Positions 58,596 to 64,000 of a stretch of 64,000 nucleotides of DNA are shown piece after piece. Source of the stretch: an uncultured cyanobacterium (GTDB lineage Bacteria > Cyanobacteriota > Cyanobacteriia > Pseudanabaenales > Pseudanabaenaceae); contig OY969811.1 in the NCBI GenBank assembly GCA_963703315.1, positions 1 through 64,000 of the forward strand. The letters are read 5' to 3'. The notes under the pieces were generated by a model. It was not told where the DNA came from. It searched no databases and was given only the letters and a program-made list of their open reading frames with translations. Within the stretch, counting starts at the first letter, position 1, and each line of letters begins with the position of its first letter. The position numbers were made by a program, and so were the translations under genes.

Positions 58596-58773
58596 AGATT
58601 TTAAATAAGATTAGTTAACTAATCTTATTTTATCTTGATTTTGCAATCAAGGTCAATCAACTAATCTTATTTTTTGTTTTGTAAGTGTAGCGATCGCAGT
58701 ATGTAGAAATTTAAATGTGAAGAAATCGCCTTACAGCATCTAAAAATTCAAGCTAAAATCGTGACGTTAAGCT

Positions 58774-59361
58774 GTGAGTCTCCAAGCCATGATCCAAACT
58801 TTAACTGAGGGCGATCGCGAACATATTGTTAGGCAGTTCGTAACATGGGAGCAGTTCCAAGTCTTAGAATCTGCTTTTGCGGATATTGATGGTGTGCGCC
58901 TGATTTATTGTGAGGGAGTTTTAGAGATTGTGGGTATTGGACGACCTCACGAAATGATCCGTACTTTGCTTGGTGCGTTGTTAGGGCAATATTTCATGCT
59001 CAAGCGCATTCGTTTTGTATCTACTGGCTCATATACGCAGTCCTTGCAAGGACGTACCAAGTTTCAGGCAGATTTATCCTATAACTTTGATACGGAGAAA
59101 GAGATTTCGGATTTGTGTATTGAGGTGGTGGTGACGAGTGGGAATGTCGCTAAGCTCAGAAAATATCAATTGCTAGAGGTTCCTGAAGTTTGGGTTTGGG
59201 AAGAAGGGAAGATTAGTATTTTTTGCTTTCAGGATGGGGATTATGTGCAGAGTTCCCATAGCTTATGTTTGCCTGATTTGGATATTGAGCATTTGGAGCA
59301 ATGTCTATTAATGGATTCTCAGTTAGATGCGATGTTGGCTTTGGGTGATAGATACAAATAG
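58774..59361 (+). CDS. Uma2 family endonuclease
   Basis: 'RLIYCEGVLEI', 'QADLSY', 'DLCIEVVVTSG', 'VPEVWVW'. Confidence 0.88.
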   Translation: MSLQAMIQTLTEGDREHIVRQFVTWEQFQVLESAFADIDGVRLIYCEGVLEIVGIGRPHEMIRTLLGALLGQYFMLKRIRFVSTGSYTQSLQGRTKFQADLSYNFDTEKEISDLCIEVVVTSGNVAKLRKYQLLEVPEVWVWEEGKISIFCFQDGDYVQSSHSLCLPDLDIEHLEQCLLMDSQLDAMLALGDRYK

Positions 59362-59371
59362 GTTGGTTTTT

Positions 59372-59704
59372 ATGGATTCAGAAGTGCAACAATTTGAGCG
59401 TGTTTGTGTGTTGCTTGAGAAAGATATTGTTGAGGCGCTAAGGGTTGCTAATTCTACGCTCAAAAGCAAAAAATATTTTCAGGATTTGCTGGAAAGAGGG
59501 TTGGAGGTTGCTGATGCTAGTGAGATTGAGGTTTGGCTAAGGTATCTGGTTCCTTGGTTGGGAATGCGATATGTGATCAATGTGCTTGAGGGTAAGTTAA
59601 TTGAGAAACCGCAACAGGTGAAGAAGGCTATGTATTGGTTGCCAAAGTTTTTAAACAGGGCAAATGAAAAGGAGAAAAGTTTATTCAGAAATCTGAAAAA
59701 TTAA
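59372..59704 (+). CDS. Hypothetical helical protein
   Basis: ORF from ATG 59372, immediately after Uma2. Confidence 0.55.
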   Translation: MDSEVQQFERVCVLLEKDIVEALRVANSTLKSKKYFQDLLERGLEVADASEIEVWLRYLVPWLGMRYVINVLEGKLIEKPQQVKKAMYWLPKFLNRANEKEKSLFRNLKN

Positions 59705-59809
59705 ACGCTATGAGAACAATATAGATCTGTGATCACTTTTGATAAAGCATACAAATCCCCCTTTTTTCAATTCGCAATCTAAAATATTAGTAGTATAAAT
59801 AATAGTCTT

Positions 59810-61234
59810 ATGCCACAAAAAATAAGTGAAGTCTTTGGGATTCTTGATGACGATCTAAAAAAAGAAGGCGTATTTAATGGATTTATAGATTTCGATTCAA
59901 AGTTCTATGTTGATCCACACCTTCTTGGCATTACAAAAATTCCAGAACTTGAAAACTCTTATGGAGACTTTAAAAATCATTTTGCACAAATCGTTCACAT
60001 TTTAGAGAAAGCAAAAAGCACTGATGATATATTCTTTCGTGCTGCACACAAACGACTAATATTTCCAGAATCACAATTTGTATCTTTGGGCTATTCTACA
60101 GAAGGAAATTCAGGTAGTGGTATTGGGGAAAAAATAGCTTTAGGATTAACAAAAACAGCTTGGGAAATCATTAAGGTAGGTATATCTGATCCAGTCATCT
60201 TTGAGTTGGTAGGACTTATTGAAGAAAATATTGGCGCAGATCGAGTCAGTGATATGGCGATCCATGTCATTATCTTAGACTTGCTAGCTTATTCAGAGCG
60301 TGTTGCAAAAAATCTAAATCTAAACACAATAAAGGTTAAAGAACAAGGTAAAGAATTCTTACTCCCTGCAATTCCAAATAGTAATCATCCAACTGTGTTT
60401 ATCCCTAGTGAGATTCTTACAGATCTTCCTGTAGCAAATGGAGCGGGTGATATTGATCGTGTTTGCTCTCACAATGAAGATTTACGTAACCGTGTTAATG
60501 AAATTATTGGAGATTCGTTTAAGGATTCTAAAGGGAAGCCTCGGAGACCTTCAAAGCGAGAGTTGAAATATTTGCTTTTGCATAATCCTGAACTCTTACG
60601 AGAATTGGTTGAACAATACAAGAGAAATCCTGCTGAAAAATACGATTTTGATAAAGATCCATCAGGACAGATTATCTGGCACGATATTGCAAAAGATTTT
60701 GCAAACCGCTATCCCATTTCACTAGAGGTAGAGAAAGTAACTCCCGACAATATACTTCAAGTGGTTCTACAAATATGTAAGCATTTCAAAGTTTTAGTTG
60801 AGGATAATGGCTTATCTATACATTTATGGAATGACTCAGAGAATTTAAGAAATGAACGTTATGCACAGATGCTATTTTTTGGTATTGCAGATGCTTATTG
60901 CAAAGCTCATAATCTAGATTTAAATAGAGAACCGAACGCAGGAAGAGGTCCAGTTGACTTCAAAATTTCTAGTGGCTATACCTCACGAGTCAATGTCGAA
61001 ATTAAGTACACCTCAAATAACATTAAGTCAGGTTATGAGAAACAACTTCCCATATACAATGCTGCTGAACGTGCGGAACACAGCATTTTTTTAATTATTA
61101 AAACAACTGATACTTTCAAAGCTTTAGAGGAACTAATTAAATTTAGGCAAAATGAGGTGGCTTCTGGGAAGAGAATGCCAGAAATAGTTGTTGTAGACGG
61201 TAGGATTTTTCCTTCTGCAAGTAAAGTTAGATAG
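59810..61234 (+). CDS. Hypothetical protein with putative C-terminal PD-(D/E)XK nuclease motif
   Basis: 'REPNAGRGPVDFKIS...VNVEIKY'; AT-rich, no HIP1 site seen. Confidence 0.6.
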   Translation: MPQKISEVFGILDDDLKKEGVFNGFIDFDSKFYVDPHLLGITKIPELENSYGDFKNHFAQIVHILEKAKSTDDIFFRAAHKRLIFPESQFVSLGYSTEGNSGSGIGEKIALGLTKTAWEIIKVGISDPVIFELVGLIEENIGADRVSDMAIHVIILDLLAYSERVAKNLNLNTIKVKEQGKEFLLPAIPNSNHPTVFIPSEILTDLPVANGAGDIDRVCSHNEDLRNRVNEIIGDSFKDSKGKPRRPSKRELKYLLLHNPELLRELVEQYKRNPAEKYDFDKDPSGQIIWHDIAKDFANRYPISLEVEKVTPDNILQVVLQICKHFKVLVEDNGLSIHLWNDSENLRNERYAQMLFFGIADAYCKAHNLDLNREPNAGRGPVDFKISSGYTSRVNVEIKYTSNNIKSGYEKQLPIYNAAERAEHSIFLIIKTTDTFKALEELIKFRQNEVASGKRMPEIVVVDGRIFPSASKVR

Positions 61235-61261
61235 TTTCAGAAAATACATTTACAGAGATTA

Positions 61262-61410
61262 GATTTAGGGGCGATCGCTTTTTAATTGGTTGTGATTTAG
61301 GCGATCGCGGGTGGTTGAGATTGGGTTGAGAGGCGATCGCGGGTTGATGGGTTGTGATTTAGGCGATCGCTGGTTGTTGAGATTGAGTTGGGGGGCGATC
61401 GCGGGTTGTT
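61262..61410. repeat. Tandem HIP1-centred repeat (five GCGATCGC at 30/32/30/32 bp spacing)
   Basis: HIP1 at 61271, 61301, 61333, 61363, 61395 with alternating G/T-rich linkers. Confidence 0.9.
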
Positions 61411-61465
61411 TTGAATTAGATAGACGATAAATTTGTTAATATTTAGTAACTAACCGCGAAAAATC

Positions 61466-61666
61466 ATGACAAAAATAGAGCTAATAGAAAAGCAAATTGC
61501 TGATCTTGACTATGACTCATTTGCACAATTGCGTGAATGGTTTATTGAATTCGATCAATCCATTTGGGATAAAAAACTCGAATCAGATTCTAATTCTGGC
61601 AAACTTGACTTCCTGATTAATGCTGCACTTGCCGAACATCAATCGGGAGAAACGACAGATCTGTGA
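61466..61666 (+). CDS. Putative antitoxin
   Basis: Acidic 66 aa 'WDKKLESDSNSGKLDFL...ALAEH'; GTGA overlap with next gene. Confidence 0.7.
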   Translation: MTKIELIEKQIADLDYDSFAQLREWFIEFDQSIWDKKLESDSNSGKLDFLINAALAEHQSGETTDL

Positions 61667-61917
61667 AGCATAAAACAGCATCTAGCTTTTGGAAATATTA
61701 CGAGCATCTACCAGTAGACATTCGCGACCTTGCTGATAAAAACTTTCAGCTATTGAAAGATAATTCTTCGCATCCATCCTTACAGTTTAAAAAAGTTGGG
61801 AAAGTATGGTCTGTAAGAGTTGGTTCTAATTACCGAGCGATCGCTACCCAGATTGAAGAAGGATATTTATGGATTTGGATAGGCACTCATGCCGAATATG
61901 ATAAATTGCTGAGATAG
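61663..61917 (+). CDS. RelE/ParE-superfamily toxin
   Basis: 'HPSLQFKKV..VWSVRVG.NYRA...WIWIGTHAEYD'. Confidence 0.82.
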   Translation: MKHKTASSFWKYYEHLPVDIRDLADKNFQLLKDNSSHPSLQFKKVGKVWSVRVGSNYRAIATQIEEGYLWIWIGTHAEYDKLLR

Positions 61918-62175
61918 GTGCTAAATATGTTAACAAGTTCAGTAAAACTTTTAGATGTCGTAGCTCTGACTATCGATCTTCCCCAAGATAATCTATGGCG
62001 TGGACAGGTTGGCACAGTTGTTGAAATACTTGCCAATGGTCAAGCCTTTGAAGTCGAATTTAGCGATCGCAATGGGCGTACATACGAATCTCTAGGATTA
62101 ACTTCAGAAGAATTTATGATCCTACGTTTCGAGCCAACATTACCTAATCCAAAAGCTCCATTAGTCACAGCATAA
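61918..62175 (+). CDS. DUF4926 domain protein
   Basis: 'LLDVVALT.DLP..NL.RGQVGTVVE....AFEVEFSD..GRTY'. Confidence 0.85.
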   Translation: MLNMLTSSVKLLDVVALTIDLPQDNLWRGQVGTVVEILANGQAFEVEFSDRNGRTYESLGLTSEEFMILRFEPTLPNPKAPLVTA

Positions 62176-62305
62176 TCTCAGTAGAAATTGCTAGTATTTG
62201 AGGCGATCGCTGGTTGTTGAGATTGATTTGAGAGGCGATCGCTTGTAGCCATCACAACTATAGAAACTGGTATAATCCAAGAGTCAGTTTTAGCAAATTC
62301 GAGCC

Positions 62306-62509
62306 ATGTTGTTTGATTGGGATGAGGAAAAAGCCAAAAGCAATCTTGCTAAGCATGGAATCTCTTTCGATGAAGCCACTTCTGTATTTGACGATCCGTT
62401 ATTTTTAACCTTTGCTGATCCAGAACATTCCGTGCAGGAACAACGTTTTCTTATTATGGGAGAATCAGCCAGTCGCAAAGAACGTAAAGCATATGAATCA
62501 GGACTTTGA
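62306..62509 (+). pseudogene. BrnT-family toxin with apparent in-frame internal deletion
   Basis: 'FDWDEEKAKSNLAKHGISF' start and 'RKERKAYE' end, but central 'LVV..T.R...IRIISAR' absent; 67 aa. Confidence 0.75.
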
Positions 62510-62738
62510 AATGGAAGATGATTTACGCCCCGAATACGACTTTACTCAACTCACTGTTGTCGCTCGTGGGCAAGGTAGAAAGCGATCATCTCTCACAGTC
62601 CAACTAGATCCTGATGTTGCCAAACTTTTCCCAGATTCAGGAGCAGTTAATGAAGGCTTGCGCTTATTAATGAGACTGATTAAGCAATCTCCATCTCAAC
62701 CCAATGAACAGTCTTTAACAACATCCAACAACTCGTAA
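62493..62738 (+). CDS. BrnA-like antitoxin
   Basis: 'DDLRPEYDF', 'VQLDPDVAKLFPDSGAVNEGLRLL'; overlaps toxin end. Confidence 0.8.
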   Translation: MNQDFEMEDDLRPEYDFTQLTVVARGQGRKRSSLTVQLDPDVAKLFPDSGAVNEGLRLLMRLIKQSPSQPNEQSLTTSNNS

Positions 62739-62845
62739 ATATAGCTTTTCACATATTTTAGGCGATCGCGTGTTGTAGAGATGCAGTTGGGAGCGATCGC
62801 TTTTTGATGAGTTATGATTATTTTAATTGCTCTAGGTAATTGATT

Positions 62846-62980
62846 ATGGAATGGAAAGAGGTTTGTGAGAATAAACAGCTACAAGATTTACCCTTCAAAA
62901 TTGAGTTAAACAAGTGGGGGCAAATCGTCATGAGTCCAGTGTTTTGGATGGGTTGTGATTTACAGGCTATTGAAGCTTGA
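62846..62980 (+). pseudogene. N-terminal fragment of a probable Uma2-family gene
   Basis: MEWKEVCENKQLQDLPFKIELNKWGQIVMSP then runs into a repeat. Confidence 0.65.
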
Positions 62981-63065
62981 AGCAGTACAAAGACATTTTT
63001 GAAAGCGCGGCAGAGCCGCGCTTTCAAAAATGTCTTTGGGTTTTAATTTAGCGCAAAGCGCTGTA
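62961..63065. mobile_element. Family C MITE-like element (complete, inverted vs 22382 copy)
   Basis: TACAG...CTGTA ends; stem CAAAGACATTTTTGAAAGCGCGGC-AGA-GCCGCGCTTTCAAAAATGTCTTTG. Confidence 0.75.
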
Positions 63066-63178
63066 GGCGATTGCGGACATAACCTCAAGATAGCAAAATG
63101 TTATCCCCTAACTTAAAATCCATGACATTTGCGTTAAACTAAAAAAGATAAGTCTCTTAATTATGTAGTTGCTTTAAG

Positions 63179-63697
63179 ATGGAGTCACTGTTTTCTACTC
63201 AAGGCATCATGGTTATGCTACTTGGTGCATACGCTGTTGCTATGTGGATGTTCCTCACCAGCGCACCAAAAGTACATACGATCATGGTTTCTAATCTTGA
63301 TCAAGCACGATATTTTTATGAGGGTGAGTTAAAACTGGCGATCGCCGATGTGCCACTACATTATTACTATGGCTATGAGTATGGTATGGGCGCACCTGCT
63401 GACCCGATTTATATCCCTGCCGAAGCTAGAGTTGCCAAGTCAAAATATTCAGCAGACATGGAAGGCGCTTGGTATCAGTTAAAGAAAAACGTGCAACTGC
63501 ATATCGTTCCTGGGGCAAATATTACTGACCCAAATCGTGGGCGGCATATTTGTTTTAACCGTGATTGTGTAGAACAACTCTTGCTACAAATTCAGGTCAA
63601 AGGGATCAAGCACAAGATTCGGAGTGAAAAGCCATTAAATTTTTTAGTTAGAGACCCTGACGGACAGGTAATTGAAATCGCTGAAGTAATTAGTTAA
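63179..63697 (+). CDS. Membrane-anchored VOC/glyoxalase-like protein
   Basis: N-terminal TM; 'VSNLDQARYFYE', 'QLHIV', 'RHICF', 'VRDPDGQVIEI'. Confidence 0.8.
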   Translation: MESLFSTQGIMVMLLGAYAVAMWMFLTSAPKVHTIMVSNLDQARYFYEGELKLAIADVPLHYYYGYEYGMGAPADPIYIPAEARVAKSKYSADMEGAWYQLKKNVQLHIVPGANITDPNRGRHICFNRDCVEQLLLQIQVKGIKHKIRSEKPLNFLVRDPDGQVIEIAEVIS

Positions 63698-63705
63698 AAA
63701 TACAT

Positions 63706-63772
63706 TTAAAACCCAGAAAAAACTTGGAAAGTACGTCTCTGCCATACTTTCCAAGTTTTTTCTGGGTTTTAA
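63706..63772. repeat. Long hairpin (28-bp stem) downstream of the VOC gene
   Basis: TTAAAACCCAGAAAAAACTTGGAAAGTA ... TACTTTCCAAGTTTTTTCTGGGTTTTAA. Confidence 0.75.
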
Positions 63773-64000
63773 CAGTGGCAGCACTTCGCACAGCCACTCT
63801 CAACTATCCAAATTAGACTTGGTATAACTTTCATGAGATAGTGTGATTTGTAACGCAACATCAACAAACAATCAGCTAATATGCATAGAATCAAGCCAAG
63901 CTTGACTTTATGCATATTACTTATTTCTCACGATGCAACAATTAACACCCAACCCCAGCTTTAGCTTGACCTTTCGTGTACAGCTACTTAATCGCGCAGG

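Noticed and set aside
61262..61410. Possible CRISPR array
   Set aside because: Period is only 30-32 bp, linkers repeat each other instead of being unique spacers, and no cas genes are present
1..64000. tRNA, rRNA, integrase or transposase genes
   Set aside because: None recognised by eye; a tRNAscan/Infernal run would be needed to exclude small RNAs

Overview
Chromosomal window from a cyanobacterium. The HIP1 octamer GCGATCGC is very abundant, btpA and ccsB are present, and there is an NtcA-type promoter; a Pseudanabaena-like host is my inference. Most of 1-38 kb and 43-57 kb is housekeeping: ccsB, VKOR, btpA, msrA, rlmB, mini-III, gatA, glgC, pyrF/E, gpsA, rodZ, murA, ffh and a Trx/CcdA/two-component cluster. 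It also holds a complete nitrate operon in the unusual order nirA-nrtA-nrtB-nrtD-nrtC-narB. Two accessory regions stand out. (1) A ~3.9 kb island bracketed by a degenerate duplication of the narB 3' end. It encodes an NLR-like NB-ARC/TPR protein apparently expressed by programmed -1 ribosomal frameshifting (two in-frame A_AAA_AAG heptamers plus an internal Shine-Dalgarno), followed by a DUF6516 toxin-antitoxin pair. (2) A 57-63 kb array of nuclease and toxin-antitoxin genes and gene fragments separated by a conserved spacer of paired HIP1 sites ~32 bp apart. Intergenic DNA is densely populated by TA-bounded ~100 bp MITE-like families and by long hairpins closed by GC-NNN-GC triloops. Their stems differ at each locus, co-vary, and sometimes mirror adjacent coding sequence. 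No rRNA, tRNA, CRISPR array, integrase or transposase was found. All family assignments are from motif recognition by eye; no database searches were run.
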